Shown: in pieces, positions 1-10,388 of the stretch
Position numbering within the stretch: position 1 is the first letter of the stretch
How the letters are laid out: every line of letters begins with the position of its first letter
From: a virus
Taxonomy: Duplodnaviria > Heunggongvirae > Uroviricota > Caudoviricetes
DNA: 56,022 bases
Strand: one strand, 5' to 3'
Virus record (IMG/VR): IMGVR_UViG_2534681672_000003
Coordinates: 1 to 56,022 of that record
Program-made: the position numbers and the translations under genes
Notes under the pieces: generated by a model
The model's input: the letters and a program-made list of their open reading frames with translations, nothing else
Told to the model about the DNA's origin: nothing
Database searches by the model: none

Positions 1-657
1 ATGAAAAAAAACACAGATGATGGGGCTAAAATTTACACACCACTTACCCTAAAGCTTTATGACTGGTGGGTTTTGGGAGTATCAAATCGGCTTGCATGGG
101 GATGTCCTACAAAGGAGCACCTTCTTCCACACTTTCTGGAACATTTAGGTAACAACCATCTGGATATTGGTGTTGGAACTGGGTTTTACCTTACTCACGT
201 ACCTGAGAGTAGTCTGATATCTTTAATGGATTTGAACGAAGCTAGCCTGAACGCGGCATCTACAAGGGCTGGGGAATCAAAAATTAAACATAAAATTAGC
301 CATGATGTTTTTAAACCTTATCCCGCAGCGTTACATGGTCAATTTGATTCCATTTCCATGTTTTACCTTCTTCACTGCCTGCCTGGAAATATATCTACAA
401 AAAGCTGTGTAATACGCAATGCGGCGCAGGCCTTAACTGACGATGGAACTCTATACGGAGCCACAATTCTTGGCGATGGAGTTGTGCACAATAGCTTCGG
501 TCAAAAACTGATGTGCATTTACAATCAGAAAGGCATCTTTTCAAACACAAAAGATTCCGAAGAAGGCTTAACACATATACTCTCAGAGCATTTCGAGAAT
601 GTTAAAACCAAGGTTCAAGGTACTGTAGTAATGTTTTCCGCTTCAGGGAAAAAATAG
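1..657 (+). CDS. class I SAM-dependent methyltransferase (DLP12 YbcY-like moron at the prophage end)
   Basis: 218-aa ORF with a glycine-rich SAM motif, DIGVGTGF. It lies beyond the tail-fibre genes, as ybcY does in DLP12. Confidence 0.6.
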   Translation: MKKNTDDGAKIYTPLTLKLYDWWVLGVSNRLAWGCPTKEHLLPHFLEHLGNNHLDIGVGTGFYLTHVPESSLISLMDLNEASLNAASTRAGESKIKHKISHDVFKPYPAALHGQFDSISMFYLLHCLPGNISTKSCVIRNAAQALTDDGTLYGATILGDGVVHNSFGQKLMCIYNQKGIFSNTKDSEEGLTHILSEHFENVKTKVQGTVVMFSASGKK

Positions 658-664
658 CATCCAA

Positions 665-697
665 CCGCAGCACGTTCTTGCTTAAGACGTGCTGCGG
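665..697. terminator. 10-bp-stem hairpin between convergent genes (possible bidirectional terminator)
   Basis: CCGCAGCACG (665-674) pairs with CGTGCTGCGG (688-697). There is no clean U-tract on either strand. Confidence 0.3.
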
Positions 698-850
698 CAT
701 AATCCCAATGATTACTCCCTGACAGGGTTCGTAGGCCACTCAATATCAGGTGCAGTTGATGTATCAACACGGTTCAGCAACACCCGATACTTCTTCCAGG
801 CTTCCAGCAACGAGGTTTCTTCCTCCGTTGCATATACAGCTCACCTTTTT

Positions 851-1159
851 TCACCCACGATTAACCAACAGCCAGACCAGCAGACACGCCACCACCGGCA
901 CAGCAAAATCCATCAGACTTGCTACATCCCATGCACGTGGGTCAAAACCGCCCCACCACGGCATATTCATACGCTTGCCATGCCCGAACATTTCAATCCA
1001 GCGATATTCTGCCTGGGTATGTTCACGCGCAATGAAGAACGTACAACCGGCTATCGCCCCGTAAGCCCAGTTCCCGGTAAAAAGACCAATCAGTAGCTGC
1101 GCAGCCACAGCACAAAGCGCATGAAGGAAAGGTGTTATATCCATTTTCATCCTACCCAA
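851..1159 (-). CDS. hypothetical small membrane protein
   Basis: 102-aa ORF with hydrophobic segments (ALCAVAAQLLIGLF, VPVVACLLVWLLV). The start is uncertain; MKMD or MD internal starts are possible. Confidence 0.4.
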   Translation of the reverse strand: MGRMKMDITPFLHALCAVAAQLLIGLFTGNWAYGAIAGCTFFIAREHTQAEYRWIEMFGHGKRMNMPWWGGFDPRAWDVASLMDFAVPVVACLLVWLLVNRG

Positions 1160-1180
1160 TAAAACGGGGCGCTCGGCCCC
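1158..1180 (-). terminator. rho-independent terminator after the distal tail-fibre gene
   Basis: The minus strand reads GGGGCCGAGCGCCCC followed by GTTTTATT. Confidence 0.5.
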
Positions 1181-1186
1181 TTAATA

Positions 1187-2227
1187 TTATTTAGACGCAA
1201 GCGCCGCATCAATTGCAGATAATCTTTGTCTTAATTCTGCGTTTTCTTCTTCCAGTGCTGTTATTCTGTCGTCTGACTCTCTGGCTACCTGAACAAGCAA
1301 GCCAGTAACACCAGAATAATCTACTGTGTAATAACGTTCACCTTCTTCACCTTCCGATCCGCTCGCACCGTCCTGATATTTCATTGCGGAACCTACAACT
1401 TCTGGGATTGCTTCCAGAGCTTCCTGTGCAATGACACCAGCATAGGGCATACCGTTTTCTTTAAGCGTGTATGTATAGCCGTTCATTTTACGGATGCGGT
1501 CGGTTGCATTATCGATCACCTGAATGTTGTCTTTCAGATCCCGGTCGGAATGCTGGTTAAATGCGGTGGCATGACATGCACCATTAACGCTTAACATATA
1601 GGTGTTATCGGTATTTTTCTGCGCATAGAACATATAAGCGCCACCATCAACACCGACTTCATAAACAACAGGACGGCTGGAGTTGCCCCACAATTGAGCA
1701 GTAACACCAGCATAAGCGGTTCCCTGTGTGTTTAATGTCATGGTTGACCCATGATTGGCATATTTGATCTGTAATGTGTCGGTGTAATCAAATTTAATAA
1801 GCGCGTTACTTCCACGCTTGCTGTATGACATAAGGCAGTTACCCATTTTGAGGTATCCGCTGTCACCGGGAAAAATCATCGTACCGCCATAAAGGTTGGT
1901 AAAGTCCCAGCAAATGTTTGTCCCGTTATCGTTCAGGTTAAGGCGCGCCATTGCGTTACCTGGACTGTCTATCCATTTTTTGAGGTATAGTTCGCAATAC
2001 GCATCCTCAACACCTGCCGTCCTGTGAGTTGAGCGGAGTTTTCTCCCAAATATAGCTCCGCTAGTTGGCAATACCTGCTGATACCATGAAACAGACCAGT
2101 CACCAACGATTTCATCTTTGCTGTCTACATATAATTTTGTTGCGTAGCTTCCTTGATCGTTTTTTAATTTGCTAACGTCGGATTTTAGCGTTTTGATGTC
2201 ATCAGGAATTACTGTCGATGTAGCCAT
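1187..2227 (-). CDS. tail fibre protein with a C-terminal intramolecular-chaperone (peptidase S74-like) domain
   Basis: 346-aa ORF. The C-terminal stretch DRDLKDNI...GYTYTLKENG...GVIAQE...YTVDYSGVTGLLVQ, followed by a coiled coil, matches the endosialidase-type chaperone domain pattern. Confidence 0.7.
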   Translation of the reverse strand: MATSTVIPDDIKTLKSDVSKLKNDQGSYATKLYVDSKDEIVGDWSVSWYQQVLPTSGAIFGRKLRSTHRTAGVEDAYCELYLKKWIDSPGNAMARLNLNDNGTNICWDFTNLYGGTMIFPGDSGYLKMGNCLMSYSKRGSNALIKFDYTDTLQIKYANHGSTMTLNTQGTAYAGVTAQLWGNSSRPVVYEVGVDGGAYMFYAQKNTDNTYMLSVNGACHATAFNQHSDRDLKDNIQVIDNATDRIRKMNGYTYTLKENGMPYAGVIAQEALEAIPEVVGSAMKYQDGASGSEGEEGERYYTVDYSGVTGLLVQVARESDDRITALEEENAELRQRLSAIDAALASK

Positions 2228-2236
2228 TTTTCTTCC

Positions 2237-2518
2237 TCACATCCAGCCACGAAGTTGATGCTCAACAGCAACCACGTATTCATCGAATATTGACGATATT
2301 TGCGAATCATTAATGATGCGCACGTTTACAAAATATCCGTCTTCCTTAACACATACCGGTTCGCCATCTTCAGTCAGTTCTCCAGTTTCTTTGTACACAT
2401 TACCTATCACGTCAATAAGAATATCATCCTGCATCGACTCGTCATCATAATAGCCAATGCTCTCCATAAAGGCCGAAAAGTCGGCCCTGTCTGCAAATTT
2501 GAGTGTTAAATCTTTCAT
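2237..2518 (-). CDS. hypothetical acidic protein between the two fibre genes
   Basis: 93-aa ORF whose start overlaps the stf stop by 4 nt. No family was recognised. Confidence 0.45.
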   Translation of the reverse strand: MKDLTLKFADRADFSAFMESIGYYDDESMQDDILIDVIGNVYKETGELTEDGEPVCVKEDGYFVNVRIINDSQISSIFDEYVVAVEHQLRGWM

Positions 2519-4914
2519 TTAATACTCTCCCCCATTTGCGCATCAGTTAATTCTTTATGCCAGAGACGAAGATTTCTCAAATGGCCGAATAGATGACGAG
2601 TTCCCGATGTGGCTTGACCTCCAATTCGAATAAAGGTCCGTGTTTTTACGCCCGTCCACTCCGTTTTCATAGTTTTAGTAGCCTCACCGTTAGAAACTAC
2701 TCGTTTAGTACCATCAGAATAAATATTAAAACCACCAATGAATTTTCGAACATCAGTTCGACCAGCAAACACACTAGAAACGTAAGTACTTGTCGACGCT
2801 TTATAAGTTTGTATATAAAGCTGACCGTAACATTTCTCAGTTGTGTTAAAAGCGTATGTAATTGACTCAATAGGTGGCACACCAGAAAAATCAAAAATAC
2901 GCGGTGCTACATTAGGAGGAATATCGCCCCAATTTCTATTGACCTCGACAAGACACGTAAGCGGTCTATTATAGATATTATTTTCAGTTGGGATCGTCAC
3001 CATATCACTGGAGCGGGTTGCGGGTGCAGTTGTCGTAATAACAAAAGATGAAGCACATCCGCCGTTTTCAAATTGTGGTGTTGCAAGGTAAATATAATCT
3101 CCCGCTTCAGTTATACCACCTTTTTTCGGCGCATACTGAATCATTGCGCCAATTAAGGCTTCACCTTCAACAGCTTCTATAGTTGCCTCATAGAAAATCC
3201 ACCCTGTAACCGGATCTTTAGTTGCAGTAGCTGCTATTCTATTGGCTGCTCCGCCAGTTTTTTCTATTATCAGAGTTCCGAAAGTTAAATAAGCATCTCC
3301 TAAAAATGTATAAACCGACCCATCGTATTTTTCAAAACGCAAACGACAACGAAGACCATCAGGAGCTTTAACCCTGCATGAAACAGTGCAATACTTATTA
3401 TCGCCACTAACATCAATCCCCCGGGATGCACTGCATGTATGCAGACTAAGTGCAGATGATTGTCCTGTCATATTATCTTTTGTTCGCATTTTGGCATATG
3501 AAAAACCAAATTCATCAACACCATTATTAGTTTTATCGATATTGCTGGTACTCGTCCATTCAGCGGGAGTATTGGATTTAACAAAATAGTTAGTGCGCTG
3601 TCCTTCAATCAATAAACCTTCTTTTTCAAATCGTGGCTCATCAATTTTAGCAACACTAAATACGCCTGATTTATTGATATATGTGGCAGTTGATGCGCGT
3701 TTAAACTTAACAACCTTGTCGCCAGGCATCGTTATTTCATCATCACCAATAACAATTTTTTTATATGACGGCGAAAAGCCCGTAATCATATCCAGTGAAT
3801 CGTTAAACGGTATCCACACATCAGGCAGTGGCTGTAAGACATATTTATACGGCTCTGCTGCCTGACTTGCATACTCTCTGGCTGCGTCTTCACTTGCTTT
3901 AGCTGCTGTCTGGCTTGCTGCCGATGCTTTCGCCGAGTTCGCCGCTGCAGTCTCGCTTGTCTTTGCATTGGTTTCACTGGTTTTTGCCGCTTTTTGACTG
4001 TTGGCTGATGCAGTGGCAGAAGCAGCCGCCGCGCTTGCAGAACCAGCTGCCGCGCTCTCGCTTTGGGCTGCTGCAACCTGGCTGTTTTTCGCCGCAGTTT
4101 CGCTGGCTTTGGCATTCGTTTCGCTGGTCTTCGCTGCCGTCTGGCTGGACTTTGCGTTAGTTTCACTCGTCTTCGCAGCTTTCTGGCTGTTAGCCGCAGC
4201 AGTTGCTGATCCAGCTGCTGAAGTCGCAGAACCGGCTGCCGCGCTCTCGCTTTGGGCTGCTGCAACCTGGCTGTTTTTTGCCGCAGTTTCACTGGCTTTG
4301 GCATTCGTTTCGCTGGTTTTCGCTGCCGTCTGGCTGGACTTTGCGTTGGTTTCGCTCGTCTTTGCGGCTGTCTCGCTATTTTTCGCGTTGGTTTCTGATT
4401 TTTTGGCTGCTGTCGCGGAGTTTGCCGATGCAGTCTTTGAGGTCGCTGCCGCCTGTGCACTATTAGCTGCATTCGTTTCTGAGGTTTTCGCCGCGTTCTT
4501 TGATGATGCCGCTGCAGTTTCGGATTTCTTTGCCGCCGCTGCGCTCTGAGAGGCGGCTTCGGCGTTGCGTGCCACTTCTTCCACCATTGCCTCAAAACGA
4601 CGCAATGCCTCCGGCATGACATCATCTTCCGTCATGGCACCGAGAAAATCATTCAGCGTACCTGGTCTGGAGCCTTCATAGACGGTAATGGTCCCGGCAT
4701 GTGAAGGCGGAAAACCTTCAACCAGCAGGGTGACGCTGTACTGGCCATACTCAACATCCATGCTGTAACGTCCGGCTTCATCCGGATTTTCAGAAGCCAC
4801 CGTGTTCACCAGTACCGTGGTGCTGTTACGCTTTGCCTTCAGTTGAATAGTGCAGTTCTGTATTGGTTTTCCCGCACCATCTTTCAGCACACCTGAGATT
4901 TTTACTGCTGCCAT
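2515..4914 (-). CDS. stf: side tail fibre protein (lambda Stf-like N-terminus, divergent C-terminus)
   Basis: The N-terminus MAAVKISGVLKDGAGKPIQNCTIQLKAKRNSTTV... is collinear with lambda Stf. The ATG at 4914 follows a GGAG ribosome-binding site. The middle of the protein is an Ala/Ser/Thr/Lys-rich repeat. Confidence 0.85.
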   Translation of the reverse strand: MAAVKISGVLKDGAGKPIQNCTIQLKAKRNSTTVLVNTVASENPDEAGRYSMDVEYGQYSVTLLVEGFPPSHAGTITVYEGSRPGTLNDFLGAMTEDDVMPEALRRFEAMVEEVARNAEAASQSAAAAKKSETAAASSKNAAKTSETNAANSAQAAATSKTASANSATAAKKSETNAKNSETAAKTSETNAKSSQTAAKTSETNAKASETAAKNSQVAAAQSESAAAGSATSAAGSATAAANSQKAAKTSETNAKSSQTAAKTSETNAKASETAAKNSQVAAAQSESAAAGSASAAAASATASANSQKAAKTSETNAKTSETAAANSAKASAASQTAAKASEDAAREYASQAAEPYKYVLQPLPDVWIPFNDSLDMITGFSPSYKKIVIGDDEITMPGDKVVKFKRASTATYINKSGVFSVAKIDEPRFEKEGLLIEGQRTNYFVKSNTPAEWTSTSNIDKTNNGVDEFGFSYAKMRTKDNMTGQSSALSLHTCSASRGIDVSGDNKYCTVSCRVKAPDGLRCRLRFEKYDGSVYTFLGDAYLTFGTLIIEKTGGAANRIAATATKDPVTGWIFYEATIEAVEGEALIGAMIQYAPKKGGITEAGDYIYLATPQFENGGCASSFVITTTAPATRSSDMVTIPTENNIYNRPLTCLVEVNRNWGDIPPNVAPRIFDFSGVPPIESITYAFNTTEKCYGQLYIQTYKASTSTYVSSVFAGRTDVRKFIGGFNIYSDGTKRVVSNGEATKTMKTEWTGVKTRTFIRIGGQATSGTRHLFGHLRNLRLWHKELTDAQMGESIK
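3998..4370. repeat. about two tandem copies of a 189-bp (63-codon) unit inside stf
   Basis: GCAGAACC(A/G)GCTGCCGCGCTCTCGCTTTGGGCTGCTGCAACCTGG recurs at 4037 and 4226. The protein segment AAKTSETNAKSSQTAAKTSETNAKASETAAKNSQVAAAQSESAAAGSA is repeated. Confidence 0.8.
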
Positions 4915-4925
4915 ATCCACTCCAC

Positions 4926-4952
4926 AAAAAAGCCCGCCTGAACCGGCGGGCT
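4926..4952 (-). terminator. rho-independent terminator downstream of lom
   Basis: The minus strand reads AGCCCGCCGGTTCAGGCGGGCT followed by TTTTTT. Confidence 0.75.
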
Positions 4953-4978
4953 GTCATAACACTGTGTTACCTGGCTAA

Positions 4979-5578
4979 TCAGAACTTATAACCGACACCC
5001 ACGATGAAACCGTCAGTGCGCCAGTCGCCACTGCCGGAGCCTTCATAAGCAATATCAATGGCCACGGATTCGGTCGGGTTAAACTGCACGCCAGCTCCCC
5101 ACGCCAGAGACGTGTTGCTGTGGCGATCGTCATCACTTCCGGTCAGCACATCGTGCGTTTTCCCCTTGTTGTCAGTTACGCGGAGATAATCCCCGGAGAA
5201 GGTCGACACACGGCTGTAAGCCATACCCGCCATCGCATAAGCACTGAACCATTCATTCACGCGTACAGATGGCCCCGCCATCATGCTGAACCAGCGGTTA
5301 CGCACGGAATCTTCATGCCAGCGGGTATCGCTGTAATGCGTTTTTTGCTCATCTTTGGCATTGGCATAACTGAATGACGTCACCAGCCCCAGCGTGTCCG
5401 TAAATTCATAACGGTATTTCACGTTAATGCCCTTCAGGTCATCACTGCCTGGCATATCAGTATGGGTCTGAAGATACCCGGCGCTTAGTGTGGACTGATG
5501 CTCTGCTGCGCTCGCTGGCGTACCAGCGGCAACCAGCCAGACTACTGCGGACAGAATAACAGCACATAATTTACGCAT
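4979..5578 (-). CDS. lom: Lom outer-membrane protein (Ail/Lom family)
   Basis: 199-aa ORF with a signal peptide. Its beta-barrel repeat pattern ends in ...GVGYKF, matching lambda Lom by recall. Confidence 0.9.
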   Translation of the reverse strand: MRKLCAVILSAVVWLVAAGTPASAAEHQSTLSAGYLQTHTDMPGSDDLKGINVKYRYEFTDTLGLVTSFSYANAKDEQKTHYSDTRWHEDSVRNRWFSMMAGPSVRVNEWFSAYAMAGMAYSRVSTFSGDYLRVTDNKGKTHDVLTGSDDDRHSNTSLAWGAGVQFNPTESVAIDIAYEGSGSGDWRTDGFIVGVGYKF

Positions 5579-5645
5579 AATTACCTCTCGCTTTTCTGCA
5601 ATAAAAAAGGCACCATTTCTGGTGCCCGTATCTGGGTTATAAAAT

Positions 5646-8600
5646 TCAGCTAATCGTGATGCCTGCAGTGGCTTTCTTCATCACAACAACCAGCAAATCG
5701 CTGATACTTGCTGTGGGATACCAGCCATTTACCAGCCATGCTGACACCGAAAACTCCAGTGTCATGTGACCGTGACCGGCAGGCATATCAATAACGCCAC
5801 TGTAAATCAGCGTATTATCCAGCGCGGTACGGTTATAAATTTCAGCACCGTTTTTCCGCACTATCAGACGGCATGAGGAGTAAATATCAGTATGCTCTCT
5901 CTCATGCTTAGCGCCACTGAATGCCACCGCCGGAATAACAATTTGCCGGTCAAACGGCTGATCGTCATAAACCCTGACGGTAATGGTCCCTGATGGCCAC
6001 CGCTCCGGTGCCCGGGAGTCACGGGGGAAAGCTTTGCCCACTGTTTTAACGAGATCGCCTTCAATCTGGTTCGCGGACAGTTTTCCCAGAACCCGGCAGT
6101 TCTCGTTAATCGTGACGTTGTTGAGCGTCCCGGAGTTCGCATTCACGTTACCGCTGATATCGGCATTTTTCGCCGTCAGCCGCCCGTCCGGTGTCAGGGA
6201 AAATGCCGGAGGATTACCGCCGCTGGTAATGGTGGGAGCCGTCAGATATTTCAGGAACACTTCGTTCATGAATATCTGATTGCCCTGCGCCACAAACATC
6301 GGCGTTTCATTCCCGTTTGCCGGGTCAATAAATGCGATACGGTTAGCGGCAACCAGGAACTGGCTCAGTTTGCCTTCCTCCGTGTCCTCCATGCTGAGGC
6401 CAATACCCGCGACATAATGTTTGCCGTCTTTGGTCTGCTCAATTTTGACAGCCCACATGGCATTCCACTTATCGTTGGCGTCCTTCCACTCTTTCGAAAA
6501 CTCCTCCAGTCTGCTGGCGTTATCCTCCGTCAGCTCGACTTTTTCCAGCAGCTCCTTGCCGAGATGGGATTCGGTTATCTTGCCTTTGAAAAAATCCAGG
6601 TAACCTTCCGCATCATCGCTCACCCGACCGACAGCCTCCACGAATGTCGATTTGCCGACGGTGTTCACACTGCGAACGTAAAAATAATAATCATGGCCCG
6701 GTTTGATATTGATACTGGCGGCTATCCAGTACAGCGCCGTGCCAAGATAACGCGCGCTGGTTTCAACCTGCCTGATATCCGCAATCCGATTTTCCGAGAA
6801 CCAGAACTCAAACTGTACCGTCGGATCATAAACCGCAAGATGCGGCGTGGCGGTTATCTGAAAATAGCCCGGCGTCAGCTCAATCCGCGATGGCGCTGCC
6901 GGTGCGGCAATCCGGAACGATACCGACGCCGGATCGCCCTGCTGCCCCCACGCATTTACCGCCCGGACTGTCAGACTGTAATTTCCCAGAGCCAGCTGCC
7001 TGAAGCGGTATGTGGTTTCCGTCGTCCGGGCCGTGCTGACCAGCCGCTCACTGCCGTCATCCGCTGCCACGGTCAGGCGAAGCATAAAGCTCACGCCCTT
7101 CACCACCTTCGGCGTATCCCAGCGCGCCAGCACCTGGTATTCCCCGCTGTCTGCGGTGACTTCGGCGGTCAGGTGCTGCACCGCTGGCGGCGTGACACCA
7201 TTCACCGTGCCGCTCTGGTCGCCGTCAAAGTGCGCCCCGTTATCCACGATGGCTTCTTTTTCCGGTACATGCTGCACGGCAGTGATGGCATACGTGCCGT
7301 CATCGTTCTCACGGATACTCACACAGCGGAACAGGCGCTGGCGCAGCGTCGGCAGCTTCAGCCCCCACACGCTGTATTCGGCAACGCCGTCAGGAACCCG
7401 ACTCACTTTCACCTTCACGCCGTCGGTGACGGACTGAACCTCCACGCTGACCGGACTCCCCTGCCCGTCAACCAGGCTTATCAGCGTGGTACCGGAGGAT
7501 GGCAGCGTGATTTCACGGTCGAGCGTCAGCGTCCGGGTCTGGCTGTTCACCGCCAGCACGCGCCCGCCAATGCTGATCCCCGCATAGTCATCATCGCAGA
7601 TTTCAATAACATCACCCGGTACATGGCGAAGCCCTTCTGCGCCGACGCTGAAATCCACGGTCTGCGTTTCCAGCAGTTCTGTTTTAATCAGCCACAGCCC
7701 GGCGCGGTGTGCCTGCCCCCGGCTGGTACAGCCAAAGGCATCCATCTTCGTGACGTTACGACCGTAACGGGCAATGGCCTGCGTGTCCTCCACAAGCTCT
7801 GTCGCCGTCTCCCAGCCGTTATCCGGGTCAATCCAGTTCACCTCAACGGCATTATGACGGTCCTTCAGGGCGCTGAAGCTGTAGCGGAACGGCGCGCCAT
7901 CATCCGGCATCACCACATTACTGCGGTTATAGGTCCACACCTTATCCGATGGCCGGTCCTGCACGAACGTCAGCGTCTGCCCGTTCCATACCGGCATACA
8001 GCGCATCGCCGAGCAGAAATCACTGAGCACATCCCACGCCTTGCGCTGCGTGGTCAGCCAGGCATTACAGGTGATGCGCGGCTCCGTGCCACCAAAGCCA
8101 TCCGGCACCGACTGGTCGCAATTCTGGCCGATGACATACAGCGCCCATTTGTCCACATCCGCCGCACCGAGACGCTTCCCCATGCCGTAGCGCGGATGGG
8201 TCAGCATATCCCACAGACACCAGGCCATGTTGTTGCTGTATGCCGGTTTAAACGTCCCGTCCCAGATACCGCTGTATTGCCGCGTCTGCGGGTTATAGTT
8301 CGATGGCACCTGCAGAATACGCCCGCGCAGATGATAATTACGGCTCACCTGCTGGCTGCCGAACTGCTCCGAGTCCACCTGCACGCCGACCAGTGCCGTG
8401 TTCGGGTAGCACTGTTTCACATCGATGATTTCGGTGTATGACGACCAGAGCGTTTTGTTCTGCAGCTGGTCTGTGGTGCTGTCCGGCGTCATCCTGCGCA
8501 TCCGGATATTAAACGGGCGCGGCGGCAGGTTATCCACCACCACTGAGGCCAGATACTGCGAGGTGGTTTTACCCTTAATGGTGATGTCTTTTTCCGTCAC

Positions 8601-9041
8601 CCAGCCACCGTTACGTTGTATCTGAACCAGCAGGCGGACTTCCGATGGATTCCTGTCCCCCTTTGAGGTGGTTTCCACCAGTGCCTGCACACCGAAGGTA
8701 AAGCGCAGACGGTCGATGTTTGCCGACGTGATGGTGCGGGTGATCGGCGTGTCATATTTCACTTCCGTACCCAGCACCGTCTCGGAACCGGAGGATTCAA
8801 ATCCCTCCGGCGGAGTCTGCTCCTGCTCACCGGCCCGGAACACCACCGTGACGCCGGATATATTGGTATTCCCCTCACTGTCCAGCACCGGCGTACTGTT
8901 CAGCAGCACGCTTTTTAATCCATCCACCGGACCTTCAACCGGCCCTTCGCTGATGGCATCGATCACACTCAGCAGCTGCGTGGACTTCAGGTTGTCCTTC
9001 GCTTCGCGCGGGGTATGCCCCTTACTGCTGCCTTTACCCAT
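5646..9041 (-). CDS. J: tail tip / host specificity protein J
   Basis: 1131-aa ORF collinear with lambda gpJ, from [22 protein letters not shown]... to the C-terminal receptor-binding part. Confidence 0.95.
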   Translation of the reverse strand: MGKGSSKGHTPREAKDNLKSTQLLSVIDAISEGPVEGPVDGLKSVLLNSTPVLDSEGNTNISGVTVVFRAGEQEQTPPEGFESSGSETVLGTEVKYDTPITRTITSANIDRLRFTFGVQALVETTSKGDRNPSEVRLLVQIQRNGGWVTEKDITIKGKTTSQYLASVVVDNLPPRPFNIRMRRMTPDSTTDQLQNKTLWSSYTEIIDVKQCYPNTALVGVQVDSEQFGSQQVSRNYHLRGRILQVPSNYNPQTRQYSGIWDGTFKPAYSNNMAWCLWDMLTHPRYGMGKRLGAADVDKWALYVIGQNCDQSVPDGFGGTEPRITCNAWLTTQRKAWDVLSDFCSAMRCMPVWNGQTLTFVQDRPSDKVWTYNRSNVVMPDDGAPFRYSFSALKDRHNAVEVNWIDPDNGWETATELVEDTQAIARYGRNVTKMDAFGCTSRGQAHRAGLWLIKTELLETQTVDFSVGAEGLRHVPGDVIEICDDDYAGISIGGRVLAVNSQTRTLTLDREITLPSSGTTLISLVDGQGSPVSVEVQSVTDGVKVKVSRVPDGVAEYSVWGLKLPTLRQRLFRCVSIRENDDGTYAITAVQHVPEKEAIVDNGAHFDGDQSGTVNGVTPPAVQHLTAEVTADSGEYQVLARWDTPKVVKGVSFMLRLTVAADDGSERLVSTARTTETTYRFRQLALGNYSLTVRAVNAWGQQGDPASVSFRIAAPAAPSRIELTPGYFQITATPHLAVYDPTVQFEFWFSENRIADIRQVETSARYLGTALYWIAASINIKPGHDYYFYVRSVNTVGKSTFVEAVGRVSDDAEGYLDFFKGKITESHLGKELLEKVELTEDNASRLEEFSKEWKDANDKWNAMWAVKIEQTKDGKHYVAGIGLSMEDTEEGKLSQFLVAANRIAFIDPANGNETPMFVAQGNQIFMNEVFLKYLTAPTITSGGNPPAFSLTPDGRLTAKNADISGNVNANSGTLNNVTINENCRVLGKLSANQIEGDLVKTVGKAFPRDSRAPERWPSGTITVRVYDDQPFDRQIVIPAVAFSGAKHEREHTDIYSSCRLIVRKNGAEIYNRTALDNTLIYSGVIDMPAGHGHMTLEFSVSAWLVNGWYPTASISDLLVVVMKKATAGITIS

Positions 9042-9101
9042 TCGTCATGCTCCATAAACGATAAAACCGCCCGGAGGCGGTTTCACATAAAACGTTTTTC
9101 A

Positions 9102-9743
9102 TCAGCGACCAATCACCACAACCTGACCACCATCACCTTCATCTGCTGTGCTGATCTCCTGAGATACCACACGTGATCCCACGCGCATTTCACCGTACAG
9201 AACGGGCAGAACATTGCCCTGGGCAACCATATTATCCAGTGAAGAAAAATAGGTGTTCTGTTTGCCGTTATCCGTTGTCTGTGTGCGGGGGGTTTTGGGT
9301 TTAGGGGCCAGCATCTGTGCAACACCGCCAAGCGTCATACTGGCACCGAGAGAAAACAGCAGATTACTCGCCATAATTCCTACCCCCGGCATCCATATAG
9401 CAACCGCCATAACAGCCGCCCCCAGCACAGCCTGAAACACACCGCCACTTTTGGCTCCTGCCAGACGCGGCACGATATGGATCACAGCACCATTTGCCAG
9501 CGGTTCATTAAGACGGGCTGATAATTCCGTTTCACCTGTATCACGCCCGGCAATCCGTACCTGATACCAGCCGTCGCTCAGTTTCTGACGAAACGCCGGG
9601 AGCTGTGTGGCCAGCGCCCGGATGGCTTCAGCCCCCGTTTTCACACGAAGGTCGATGCGGCGACCAAATCGTTGTAAATCCCCGTAAAGGCAGATGCGCG
9701 CCATGCCCGGTGACGCCAGAGGGAGTGTGTGCGTCGCTGCCAT
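9102..9743 (-). CDS. I: tail assembly protein I
   Basis: MAATHTLPLASPGMARICLYGDLQRFGRRIDLRV... matches lambda gpI. The central hydrophobic part diverges. Confidence 0.9.
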   Translation of the reverse strand: MAATHTLPLASPGMARICLYGDLQRFGRRIDLRVKTGAEAIRALATQLPAFRQKLSDGWYQVRIAGRDTGETELSARLNEPLANGAVIHIVPRLAGAKSGGVFQAVLGAAVMAVAIWMPGVGIMASNLLFSLGASMTLGGVAQMLAPKPKTPRTQTTDNGKQNTYFSSLDNMVAQGNVLPVLYGEMRVGSRVVSQEISTADEGDGGQVVVIGR

Positions 9744-10384
9744 TTGTCGGTATACCTCTCTCGTTTGCTCAGTTGTTCAGGAATATGGTGCAGCAGCTCG
9801 CCATCACCACAGTAAATGGCGGCATGATTCGGCACCGATGAACCAAAACAGCACAGCAGCACATCGCCCGGTTGTGCTGATGACAACGGCACCTGATACA
9901 GCCCTGTGGCCTCCAGATTATCCAGATAGAGATTCTGACCGTGACGCCACCAGTCATCCTCGCGATGAAAATCCGGCATCTCAATCCCCGCCAGATGATA
10001 AGCATCCCGGAACAGCGTGTAACAGTCCGTCACCCCGTGCTCAAAGCGCCGCCCGGTGAGATGCGGCACACAGCGGAACTTATGAATCGCCCCCCGGCAG
10101 ACCAGCAACCACGGCAAATCACTCTGCACCTGCAGCCGCCGGTCAGCCTCACTCAGCCAGGGCAGACCACCGGGGTGGCTGTGGACCAGCGCCACAATCT
10201 CACCCTGCATTTCTGCCTGCAGCCAGTCCTCCGGAGCCATCCGGAAATAATCCTCCGGCTCACCGGAGATATTCACGCAGGGGAAATATCTTTCCCCCTC
10301 CGGCGTGCTTACCACGAAGCCGCACGACTCCGCTGGCGCACATCGCCGGGCGTGCGCCAGAATCGCTGATTCTGTCTCTGTCAT
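9641..10384 (-). CDS. K: tail tip assembly protein K (NlpC/P60 + MPN-like)
   Basis: The start was moved to MTETESAILAHARRCAPAESCGFVV, as in lambda gpK. The ORF-track N-terminal extension overlaps L. Confidence 0.9.
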   Translation of the reverse strand: MTETESAILAHARRCAPAESCGFVVSTPEGERYFPCVNISGEPEDYFRMAPEDWLQAEMQGEIVALVHSHPGGLPWLSEADRRLQVQSDLPWLLVCRGAIHKFRCVPHLTGRRFEHGVTDCYTLFRDAYHLAGIEMPDFHREDDWWRHGQNLYLDNLEATGLYQVPLSSAQPGDVLLCCFGSSVPNHAAIYCGDGELLHHIPEQLSKRERYTDKWQRRTHSLWRHRAWRASAFTGIYNDLVAASTFV

Positions 10385-10388
10385 GGGA

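Noticed and set aside
3786-4625. Long ORFs in alternative frames and on the opposite strand within stf (279 aa, 182 aa and others)
   Set aside because: They are by-products of the Ala/Ser/Thr-rich tandem repeat. The stf frame is the one with lambda Stf homology.
6417-8441. 674-aa ORF on the plus strand
   Set aside because: It lies entirely antisense to J, whose minus-strand translation is collinear with lambda gpJ. Its product is Arg/His/Pro-rich and low in complexity, which is typical of a shadow ORF in GC-rich coding DNA.
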